Source: Candidatus Heimdallarchaeota archaeon (GTDB lineage Archaea > Asgardarchaeota > Heimdallarchaeia > Heimdallarchaeales > Heimdallarchaeaceae). From it: a stretch of 63,686 nucleotides of DNA. A program made the translations under genes and the position numbers. The DNA lies in NCBI GenBank assembly GCA_030603365.1, contig JAUVXV010000017.1:1-63686 (forward strand), written 5' to 3'. Numbering within the stretch: position 1 is the stretch's first letter; the number at the start of each line of letters is the position of its first letter. Positions 49,191 through 57,500 of the stretch are shown here, piece by piece. The notes beneath the pieces were generated by a model. That model was not told the origin of the DNA and ran no database searches. It saw nothing but the letters and a program-made list of their open reading frames with translations.

Positions 49191-52160
49191 TCATTTTAAT
49201 TTATTTTTACGAGTTCTCATAATTACAATTAAGAAGGTAACAGTAGCAAGCATCAAACCTGAAATTGTACTAAACTCGTAAATAACAGGTACATACACAA
49301 TACTCCAACAATTTGAAAGAGTGCTGTTTCCGATAAAGTTACTGGCAACAATAACATAGTAGAATGTTCCTACTGTTGGAAGTGTGTCGATATAGAAATG
49401 TGTGACAGAGTCACCAATTGGAGTAAGACCTTCAACCGATAAGATATTGGAAGTTGAACGAAAGATATAGTATAATGAAGCTCCTGGTAAATCATTCCAG
49501 TTCAAGGATAATGTAGCAATATAGGTAGGATTAGGTAAAATAGGAGACAATATAGGAGCAGTAGGAGGACCTGCGAAGTGTTTAAGGAAAATATCTGAAT
49601 CAATTCCTGAACTTGCATAATCAGTATAATCTTCCCACGCTACATGGATATATCCTATAGAATCAATAGCAAGAGAGGGACGAACAGAATCATCTGTACT
49701 TTCTGTGGAAACCACTTCTGTTGCATTCCACGAGGAGGTAGAAGCATCCCAGTATTTATAGAAAATATCCGAATCTAATCCAGCTCCAGCATAATCAGTC
49801 TCATCATGCCAAGCTACATGGACATTTCCTTTATCATCCACAGCAAGAGAAGGATAGAGAGAATAGTCTGTACTTTCTGTGGAAACGACTTCAGTAGTAG
49901 TCCAGGAGGAGGTAGAGTTATCCCAATGTTTGTAGAAAATATCCCAGTCTGTTCCACCTGCACCAGCATAATCTGTGTAATCCAACCACACTACATGGAC
50001 ATTCCCTGAAGAATCTACAGCAAGAGAAGGTTCGAAAGAAGTATCTGTACTTTCAGTAGAAATTACTTCTGTCACAATCCAGGAGGAAGTGGAAGCGTTC
50101 CAGAATTTGTAGAAAATATCATAATCCCCTCCAGCTCCTGCATAAGCAGTTCTATCATCCCAAGCTACATGGATATTCCCTTTATCATCCACAGCAAGAG
50201 AAGGAGCACTAGAATGACCTGTACTTTCTGAAGAAACCACCTCTGTTGTGGTCCAGGAGGAGGTAGAAGAGTTCCAATGTTTATAGAAGATATCTATATC
50301 TGTTCCACTACCTCCATAAGCAGTTCTATCATTCCAAGCTACATGGACATTCCCTGAAGAATCTACAGCAAGAGAAGGAGAATAAGAATTATCTGTACTT
50401 TCGGTAGAAACCACCTCTGTTGTGGTCCAGGAGGAGATAGAAGAGTCCCATCGTTTATAAAAAATATCTGTATCTGATCCAGCACCTGCATAATCAGTCT
50501 CATCATACCACACTACATGGACATTCCCTAAAGTATCGACAGTAAGAGAAGGAACCCAAGAAATATGTGTACTTTCTGTGGATACAACTTCTGTTGTATC
50601 CCATGAGGAGATAGAAGCATTCCAGAAATTGTAGAAAATATCCGAATCTAATCCAGCTCCAGTATAATCAGTCTCATCATGCCAAGCTATATAGACATTT
50701 CCTGCAGCATCAGTAGCAAGAGAAGGACGATTAGAATCATCTGTACTTTCTGTGGAAACGACTTCTGTTGTGGTCCAGGAGGAGGAGGAAGCTTTCCAGA
50801 ATTTGTAGAAAATATCTCTGTCAACACCAGCACCAGCATAGTCTGTATAATCATGCCAAGCTACATGAACATTCCCTACAGAATCCACTGCAAGAGAAGG
50901 ATAAGCAGAATCTAATATACTTCCTATGGAAACCACTTCTGTTGTATTCCATGTGGAGATAGAAGCGTTCCAGAATTTGTAGAAAATATCCCTATCCCCT
51001 CCAGCTCCAGCATAAGCAGTTCTATCTTCCCAAGCTATATACACATTCCCAGCTGAATCTTCCCCAAGAGAAGGTTCATAAGAATCAAATGTACTTTCGG
51101 TGGAAATGACTTCAGTAGTAGTCCAGGAAGAGATAGAATCATTCCAACGTTTATAGAAAATATCTGGATCTGTTCCTGCACCAGCATAATCAGTACCATC
51201 ATACCACGTTATATGGACATTTCCTAAAGAATCCACTGCAAGAGAAGGACGAACAGAATAGTTTGTACTTTCGGTGGAAACGACTTCAGTAGTAGTCCAG
51301 GAGGAGGAAGAAGCGTTCCAATGTTTGTAGAAAATATCTGAATATATTCCTGCACCTGCATAATCAGTACCATCTTCCCACGTTATATGGACATTTCCTA
51401 CAGAATCAGTAGCAAGAGAAGGAAAAAAAGAGTAATCTGTACTTTCGGTAGAAACAACTTCTGTTGTGGTCCATGAGGAGATAGAAGCGTCCCATCGTTT
51501 ATAAAAAATATCCTTATCTGATCCTGCACCTGCATAATCAGTGCCATCTTCCCACGTTATATGCACATTTCCTACAGCATCAACAGCAATAGAAGTATGA
51601 TGAGAACCATCTGTGCTTTCTGTGGAAACCACTTCTGTTGTGGTCCATGAAGAGGTAGAAGCGTTCCAATGTTTGTAGAAAATATCTGTATCTGTTCCAC
51701 TTCCTGCATAAGCAGTGTAATCACTCCAAGTTATATGCACATTCCCTGCAGCATCAACAGCAAGTGAAGGATTTATAGATTGACTTGTACTTTCTGTGGA
51801 AACAACTTCTGTTGAGGTCCAGGAGGAGATAGAAGCGTTCCAACGTTTGTAAAATATATCATAATCTGTTCCAGTCCTCACATTATCAGTATAATCCTCC
51901 CACGCTATATGCACATTCCCTGCTTCATCTGTAGCAAGAGAAGGAGAAGTAGAAAAATGTTCACTTTCTGTGGACACAACTTCTGTTATAGTCCATTTCC
52001 AATCCGATTGATCAAAAGAATCTGTTGTATGTTTTTTATAGTTTTCTTCTGGGAGAGCTTGTGTGTTAAGAGTCTTAAGAAAAGAAGTGCTTAGTAATAG
52101 ACCAATAATGAGAATAATTAAACTTATAGAAAATTTATTGTTTTTGCTTTTCACTTTCAT
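49191..52160 (-). CDS. Beta-propeller repeat surface protein (14 blades), FN3-like domain, EF-CTERM anchor
   Basis: Signal peptide, 14 repeats counted, YEFS-TM-RKNK tail. Confidence 0.88.
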   Translation of the reverse strand: MKVKSKNNKFSISLIILIIGLLLSTSFLKTLNTQALPEENYKKHTTDSFDQSDWKWTITEVVSTESEHFSTSPSLATDEAGNVHIAWEDYTDNVRTGTDYDIFYKRWNASISSWTSTEVVSTESTSQSINPSLAVDAAGNVHITWSDYTAYAGSGTDTDIFYKHWNASTSSWTTTEVVSTESTDGSHHTSIAVDAVGNVHITWEDGTDYAGAGSDKDIFYKRWDASISSWTTTEVVSTESTDYSFFPSLATDSVGNVHITWEDGTDYAGAGIYSDIFYKHWNASSSSWTTTEVVSTESTNYSVRPSLAVDSLGNVHITWYDGTDYAGAGTDPDIFYKRWNDSISSWTTTEVISTESTFDSYEPSLGEDSAGNVYIAWEDRTAYAGAGGDRDIFYKFWNASISTWNTTEVVSIGSILDSAYPSLAVDSVGNVHVAWHDYTDYAGAGVDRDIFYKFWKASSSSWTTTEVVSTESTDDSNRPSLATDAAGNVYIAWHDETDYTGAGLDSDIFYNFWNASISSWDTTEVVSTESTHISWVPSLTVDTLGNVHVVWYDETDYAGAGSDTDIFYKRWDSSISSWTTTEVVSTESTDNSYSPSLAVDSSGNVHVAWNDRTAYGGSGTDIDIFYKHWNSSTSSWTTTEVVSSESTGHSSAPSLAVDDKGNIHVAWDDRTAYAGAGGDYDIFYKFWNASTSSWIVTEVISTESTDTSFEPSLAVDSSGNVHVVWLDYTDYAGAGGTDWDIFYKHWDNSTSSWTTTEVVSTESTDYSLYPSLAVDDKGNVHVAWHDETDYAGAGLDSDIFYKYWDASTSSWNATEVVSTESTDDSVRPSLAIDSIGYIHVAWEDYTDYASSGIDSDIFLKHFAGPPTAPILSPILPNPTYIATLSLNWNDLPGASLYYIFRSTSNILSVEGLTPIGDSVTHFYIDTLPTVGTFYYVIVASNFIGNSTLSNCWSIVYVPVIYEFSTISGLMLATVTFLIVIMRTRKNKLK

Positions 52161-52290
52161 AATATCAACTCTTTTTAGATTGTCAACTTAGTTTAAACAA
52201 GAGAGTTTTTTCAAACTGTTAACATTAAGCGTCAGAAATAAAAACATTTTCTAGAAATCAAAGATGAAAAAAAGTGAGAACTAGAATTGT

Positions 52291-54045
52291 CTAGTTCAGT
52301 TTAGAATTTTTCTTACGAGTTCTAATAACTACAAACAACAAAGCGAAAGTTCCAAAAATCCAAAGTGAATCAATTTTAGTTTTAGTTGTTGTTACTATTT
52401 TATATTCAATATCTTGACAATTAGAATGCGAGCTGTTCCCTGCAAAGTTTTCAGCAACAACAACATAGTAGTATACTCCTTCAGAAGGTAAAGTGTCGAT
52501 ATAGTCACTTGAGGAAACAGTTGTAATGGGTACGAGTCCTTCAACAGTTGAGATGTTAGATGTGGAGCGATAAACATAGTAAGTATCTGCCCTAAAAACA
52601 TTATTCCAATCAAGATTTACAATATCATTTTCAGTAGGGTTAGGGGAAATAGAAGCAAGTTCAGGAGCAGCTGGTGGTCCTGCAAAAAGCTTATAGAAAA
52701 TATCAGATCCTGGTCCTAAATCACCATAATCAGTAAAATCTTCCCACGCTATATGGACAGTACCTAAAGTATCGACCGCAAGCGAAGGATGGTAAGAATC
52801 AGAGGTATGTGGGTAATTAGCTATACTTTCGGTGGAAACTACTTCTGTTATAGTCCAAGTGGAGGTAGTAGCGTCCCAGCGTTTGTAGAAAATATCATTA
52901 TCTTCCCCAGCTCCAGCATAATCAGTTTCATCATCCCATGTTATGTGGACATCCCCTGCAGAATCGACAGCAAGAGAAGGATTCGTAGACCAATCTACAC
53001 TTTCAGTGGAAACTACTTCTGTCGTAATCCAAGTGGAGGTAGTAGCGTCCCAGCGTTTGTAGAAAATATCATTATCTGTTCCACTCCCCGCATAATCAGT
53101 ATAATCTACCCACGCTATATGGACATTCCCAAGAGAATCCACAGCAAGAGAAGGGGAGTCTGAATTATCTGCACTTTGGGTGGAAACTACTTCTGTCGTA
53201 ATCCAAGTGGAGGTAGTAGCGTCCCAGCGTTTGTAGAAAATATCATTATCTGTTCCACTCCCCGCATAATCAGTATCATCACTCCACGCTATATGGACAT
53301 TCCCGAAAATATCCACAGCAAGAGAAGGAAACCTAGAAAAAGCTGTACTTTCGGTGGAAACAAGTTCTGTAGTGGTCCACGAGGAGGAAGAAGCGTTCCA
53401 GCGTTTGTAGAAAATGTCCCAATCAAACTCTGCATCATACCATGCTATGTGGACATTCCCGAAAATATCCACAGCAAGAGAAGGAAACCTAGAACGATCT
53501 GTACTTTCTGTGGAAACAAGTTCTGTTGTAGTCCACGAGGAGGAAGAAGCATCCCAGTATTTGTAGAAGATATCCTGATCTGTTCCTGCTCCAGCATAAT
53601 CAGTTGCGTCATGCCACGCTATGTGGACATTCCCGAAAATATCCACAGCAAGAGAAGGACCCCATGAAAAATCTGTACTTTCTGTGGAAACAAGTTCTAT
53701 TGTTGTCCACGAGGAGGAAGAAGCGTCCCAGCGTTTGTAGAAAATATCTTCATCTGCTCCACTACCTGCCAAATAAACACTTTCATCCATCCATGCTACG
53801 TGGACGTTCCCTAACGTATCGACAGCAAGAGAAGGTACATGAGAACTACTATAACTTTCGGAGGAAACTACCTCTGTCGTATTCCATTTCCAAGTAGAAC
53901 GATCAAAGGAATCTATTTTGAATTGATTGTTTTTTTCCTCTAGTAGAGCTTTTGCTTTAAATGTATTTGGACTTGAAGCTGTAATTAAGAAATAAATAAT
54001 GAGAATACTTAAGCTTATAGAAAATTTATTCTTTTTGTTTTTCAT
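52291..54045 (-). CDS. Beta-propeller repeat surface protein (7 blades), FN3-like domain, TM anchor
   Basis: Signal peptide, 7 repeats, TTTKT-TM-RKK tail. Confidence 0.88.
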   Translation of the reverse strand: MKNKKNKFSISLSILIIYFLITASSPNTFKAKALLEEKNNQFKIDSFDRSTWKWNTTEVVSSESYSSSHVPSLAVDTLGNVHVAWMDESVYLAGSGADEDIFYKRWDASSSSWTTIELVSTESTDFSWGPSLAVDIFGNVHIAWHDATDYAGAGTDQDIFYKYWDASSSSWTTTELVSTESTDRSRFPSLAVDIFGNVHIAWYDAEFDWDIFYKRWNASSSSWTTTELVSTESTAFSRFPSLAVDIFGNVHIAWSDDTDYAGSGTDNDIFYKRWDATTSTWITTEVVSTQSADNSDSPSLAVDSLGNVHIAWVDYTDYAGSGTDNDIFYKRWDATTSTWITTEVVSTESVDWSTNPSLAVDSAGDVHITWDDETDYAGAGEDNDIFYKRWDATTSTWTITEVVSTESIANYPHTSDSYHPSLAVDTLGTVHIAWEDFTDYGDLGPGSDIFYKLFAGPPAAPELASISPNPTENDIVNLDWNNVFRADTYYVYRSTSNISTVEGLVPITTVSSSDYIDTLPSEGVYYYVVVAENFAGNSSHSNCQDIEYKIVTTTKTKIDSLWIFGTFALLFVVIRTRKKNSKLN

Positions 54046-54066
54046 AATAACACTTCTTTAAATTTT

Positions 54067-54091
54067 AATCTCGTTTAGAACAAACGAGATT
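54067..54091 (-). promoter_or_regulatory. 5'-leader inverted repeat AATCTCGTTT-N5-AAACGAGATT (equivalents at ~47524-47549, ~49025-49049, ~56027-56050)
   Basis: Conserved position about 30 bp downstream of a GGAAAA-N-TTTTAT BRE/TATA-like motif in the propeller units. Confidence 0.7.
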
Positions 54092-54253
54092 TTTCAAATT
54101 GTTTACATTGGGAGCTTACAATAAAAGTATTTTCCCTTTAGTTCAGATTTACCTCTAATTTACATTCTCATTTGGCACGAAAAAAGACAAAATTCATATG
54201 AAAATTGAAGCGAAATTCCGATGTAAAATTAAAAAAAGTAAGAACTAGTTAAA

Positions 54254-55999
54254 CTAGTTCGGTTTAGAAGTTTTCTTACGAATTTTCATGATAACTACTG
54301 AGATGGCAAGAGTACCAAGTATCAAACTGGAAATTATTCCAAATTCTTCAACAATAGGGGCTATTTCAAAATCCATTATGGAACTCTGGGCACTATTACC
54401 ACTGGTATCATAAGAAATAAGGTAGTAATCTATGGTTGAGCCTGCGGCAAAAGGACCAATAATAGCACTGTATATCGTCTCTGAAGCAATCATGGAAACA
54501 CTAAACCATGAACCTCCATCAACACGAAAATAAAGAGTAACGTTATGAACTTCAACATTATCGGTAACATTTGCACTAATAGTTATCTGATCATCAAAAG
54601 TGGGTTCTGAAGGAAAATAAGTAACATCATTAAGTAAAGGAGCTGAAAAATCAACTGTTGTACCTTTATAGAAAATATCCGAATCTGCTCCAGCACCTTC
54701 GTAATCTGTGGTATCATACCATACAACATGATAATCACAACCAGTATCGGCGACATTAATCGAAGGATAGTAAGAACCACCTGTGCTTTCTGTTGAAACC
54801 ACTTCTGTCGTAGTCCATAAGGAGGTAGAAGTGTCTCCGCGCTTATAGAAAATATCCCAATCTGTTCCATTCCCAACATAATCAGTTGAATCTTGCCATA
54901 TTATATTTACATTCCCTTCAGCATCTGTATCAAGAGAAGACCAACCAGAAGCTTCTGTACTCTCTGTAGAAACCACTTCTGTCGTAGTCCACGAGGAGAT
55001 AGAAGCGTTCCAAAATTTATAGAAAATATCTGAATCGGTACCACAATTAGTATAATTAGTATGATCTTCCCACACTATATGTACAATCCCAGTAGCATCG
55101 GTAGTGAGAGAGGAATGGATAGAGGTAGCTGTACTCTCAGTGGAAATCACTTCTGTAGTGGTCCATATGGATGTGGAAGCTTCCCAACGTTTATAGAAAA
55201 TATCCTGATCTATTCCACTTCCAGCATAATCAGTATCATCAAACCACGTGATATGGATATTACCTGCAACATCAGTAGCAAGAGAAGGATCACCAGAATT
55301 AGAGTAACTTTCTGTGGAAACTACTTCTGTCGTAGTCCATGAGGAGGTAGAAGCGTTCCAACATCTATAGTAAACATCCCAATCTGTTCCACTCCAATCT
55401 TGCCACGCTATATGTACATTCCCTAAAATATCTACTGCAAGAGAAGGCTGAGAAGCTTCTGTACTCTCTGTAGAAACAAGCTCTGTTGAGGTCCACGAGG
55501 AGATAGAAGCGTTCCATTGTTTGTAGAAGATGTACCCATCTACTCTAGCTCCACCATAATCAGTATATTCTTCCCACGCTAAATGTACATTCCCAGCAAC
55601 ATCAACAGCAATGGAAGGATTGGAAGAGATTTCTGTACTCTCAGTAGAAACAACCTCTGTCGTAGTCCACGAAGAAGTTAATTTGTTCCATCTTTTGTAG
55701 AAAATATCATAATCTTCGCCTGCGCCTAAGATATCAGTTTGATCATCCCACGTTACATGCACATTCCCGATAGAATCAACGGTTTGGGATGGATGATAAG
55801 ATTTACCAGAACTTTCTGTTGAAACTACTTCCGTTGTATCCAATTCCCAGATTGAACCACTAAAGGAATCTGTATTGTACTTGTGTTTTTCATCTAGTAG
55901 AGCTTTTGTGCTAACAATATTGAGAGAAGAAGCGCTTATTAAAAAACCAATAATTAGAACACTTAAGCTCATAAATAATTTAGTTTTTTTCTTTTTCAT
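54254..55999 (-). CDS. Beta-propeller repeat surface protein (7 blades), different Ig-like domain, EF-CTERM anchor
   Basis: Signal peptide, 7 repeats, ITISANVTD...NVTLYF domain, EEFG-TM-RKK tail. Confidence 0.88.
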   Translation of the reverse strand: MKKKKTKLFMSLSVLIIGFLISASSLNIVSTKALLDEKHKYNTDSFSGSIWELDTTEVVSTESSGKSYHPSQTVDSIGNVHVTWDDQTDILGAGEDYDIFYKRWNKLTSSWTTTEVVSTESTEISSNPSIAVDVAGNVHLAWEEYTDYGGARVDGYIFYKQWNASISSWTSTELVSTESTEASQPSLAVDILGNVHIAWQDWSGTDWDVYYRCWNASTSSWTTTEVVSTESYSNSGDPSLATDVAGNIHITWFDDTDYAGSGIDQDIFYKRWEASTSIWTTTEVISTESTATSIHSSLTTDATGIVHIVWEDHTNYTNCGTDSDIFYKFWNASISSWTTTEVVSTESTEASGWSSLDTDAEGNVNIIWQDSTDYVGNGTDWDIFYKRGDTSTSLWTTTEVVSTESTGGSYYPSINVADTGCDYHVVWYDTTDYEGAGADSDIFYKGTTVDFSAPLLNDVTYFPSEPTFDDQITISANVTDNVEVHNVTLYFRVDGGSWFSVSMIASETIYSAIIGPFAAGSTIDYYLISYDTSGNSAQSSIMDFEIAPIVEEFGIISSLILGTLAISVVIMKIRKKTSKPN

Positions 56000-56165
56000 A
56001 ATAACAACCTATTTTGTTAATCTATTATTTCGTTTAAATTTACACGAAAATTATCGAATCATGTACAATAATGATTGGGAATAAAAACATTTTCCTTCTT
56101 TGATTTCTATTTCTTTGCTACAGTTTTACTATTTAATTCATAACTTAAATTCTTTATAACTCTCC

Positions 56166-56187
56166 AAAAAAGGCAAAATTCATATGA
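56166..56187. repeat. Dispersed repeat AAAAAAGRCAAAATTCATATGA (also 47664-47685, 54180-54201)
   Basis: Three near-exact copies upstream of propeller promoters. Confidence 0.7.
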
Positions 56188-56207
56188 GAAAAGAATATTG
56201 TCAAACC

Positions 56208-57500
56208 ATGAAGGCTATAATCAATGTAAAAATCTATGATTATGAGACCTATATAGAAAACGGTTATTGTATTTATGGTAAAGAAATAGTTGAAGTTGGA
56301 ACTATGGACAATTTTCCTGATTTTGATGAAGAGATTATTGATGGAACTAACCAAATACTTCTCCCTGGGTTCATTAATTCTCATACACACATCTATTCTA
56401 CACTAGTTCGAGGAGCTTCCATACCTTTTAACCCCAAGAGTTTTAGAGATATTCTTGAACAGCTCTGGTGGAAGTTTGACAGCAAGTTGGATAATACTTC
56501 TACTTTCCACAGCGCCATGGTTTATGGATTAGAATCTTTGAAAAGTGGTGTAACTTCGTTAATTGATCATCACGCAAGTGGTTTAGAAATTATTGGCAGT
56601 CTTGATGCACTAAAGAGAGCTATTGTTGACAAACTTGGTATGAGAGGGATTTTCTGTTTTGAAACCAGTGATCGTTTTAATATTACAGAATGCATCGAAG
56701 AAAATCTTGCTGGTTTAAAATATGACTCTCATGAAGCAAGAGGAATGTTTGGTCTACATGCATCCATGAGTCTTTCTGAAGAAACTCTCGATAAAGTTTC
56801 AAGGATTCTTGCTGGTGCTCCTATCCATGTTCATGTTGCTGAAAGTATAGAAGATGAAGAAGATTCTTTAGAAAAATATAACACACGAGTTATTGATCGA
56901 TATCTGAAGTATGGTCTTTTGAACAAAGATTCCATTCTTGCTCATTGTGTTCATATTGATGAACAAGAAGCAAAAAACATTAGTTACAAAAAAGCTGTTA
57001 TCGCTCTTAATCCAACTTCAAATATGAATAACGCTGTTGGTGCGTTCAATATTGATCTATTCAGAAACAACAATATTCCGATACTTATTGGTAATGATGG
57101 ACTCGGTACAAACATTGCTAAAGAATGGACCTATTTCTTCTTTGCTGGTAAAGCTGGTATCAACGATGCAGCTGGTATCGGTTTTGATGAATTGTTGAAA
57201 TACATTAATGGTTCTTATGAATACTTTGGTCGTCAAATGGGGATCAAAATTGGTAAAATCAAAGAAGGATACGTTGCTGATTTTGTTCTTGTTCCTTATC
57301 TTAATCCAACCGATATGAATCAAAGTAATGCCTTTGGTCATGTATTCTTTGGATTATTTGAAAATTTCAAACCATCTTATGTGATAGTCAAAGGAAAGAC
57401 CCTCATAGAGGACTACGAGAGTATTTTTGATGAGGAAACATTATATAAGAACGCCCATATTGCTTCTAAAGCCCTATGGGAAAGGTTAGGTGATGCTTAG
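56208..57500 (+). CDS. ssnA: SsnA-like amidohydrolase
   Basis: PGFINSHTHIYSTLVRG, ILEQLWW, IDHHAS, CFETSDR, GLHAS, HVAES, NPTSNMNNAVG, GNDG. Confidence 0.85.
   Translation: MKAIINVKIYDYETYIENGYCIYGKEIVEVGTMDNFPDFDEEIIDGTNQILLPGFINSHTHIYSTLVRGASIPFNPKSFRDILEQLWWKFDSKLDNTSTFHSAMVYGLESLKSGVTSLIDHHASGLEIIGSLDALKRAIVDKLGMRGIFCFETSDRFNITECIEENLAGLKYDSHEARGMFGLHASMSLSEETLDKVSRILAGAPIHVHVAESIEDEEDSLEKYNTRVIDRYLKYGLLNKDSILAHCVHIDEQEAKNISYKKAVIALNPTSNMNNAVGAFNIDLFRNNNIPILIGNDGLGTNIAKEWTYFFFAGKAGINDAAGIGFDELLKYINGSYEYFGRQMGIKIGKIKEGYVADFVLVPYLNPTDMNQSNAFGHVFFGLFENFKPSYVIVKGKTLIEDYESIFDEETLYKNAHIASKALWERLGDA

Larger units (their letters stand above)
46300..55830 (-). repeat. About 34 copies of a ~174-bp coding repeat spread over four genes
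   Basis: Consensus WTTTEVVSTEST-x-x-S-x-x-PSLAVD-x-x-GNVHIAW-x-D-x-TDYAGAG-x-D-x-DIFYKRW; for example 53006-53102 is identical to 53180-53276. Confidence 0.95.

Noticed and set aside
45915-54260. Integron attC cassette array
   Set aside because: No integrase in the window, hairpins lack the attC R/L box layout, and each gene has its own promoter
46390-55342. Repetitive plus-strand ORFs (MHIPESIDSKRR... and similar)
   Set aside because: Antisense shadows of the propeller repeats
46300-55830. CRISPR-like or non-coding repeat array
   Set aside because: Repeats are in-frame ~174-bp coding units of long ORFs, not repeat-spacer units, and no cas genes are present
45928-55999. Diversity-generating retroelement behind the variable positions
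   Set aside because: No reverse transcriptase or non-coding template repeat in the window, and differences are not obviously adenine-restricted. A DGR acting in trans cannot be excluded.
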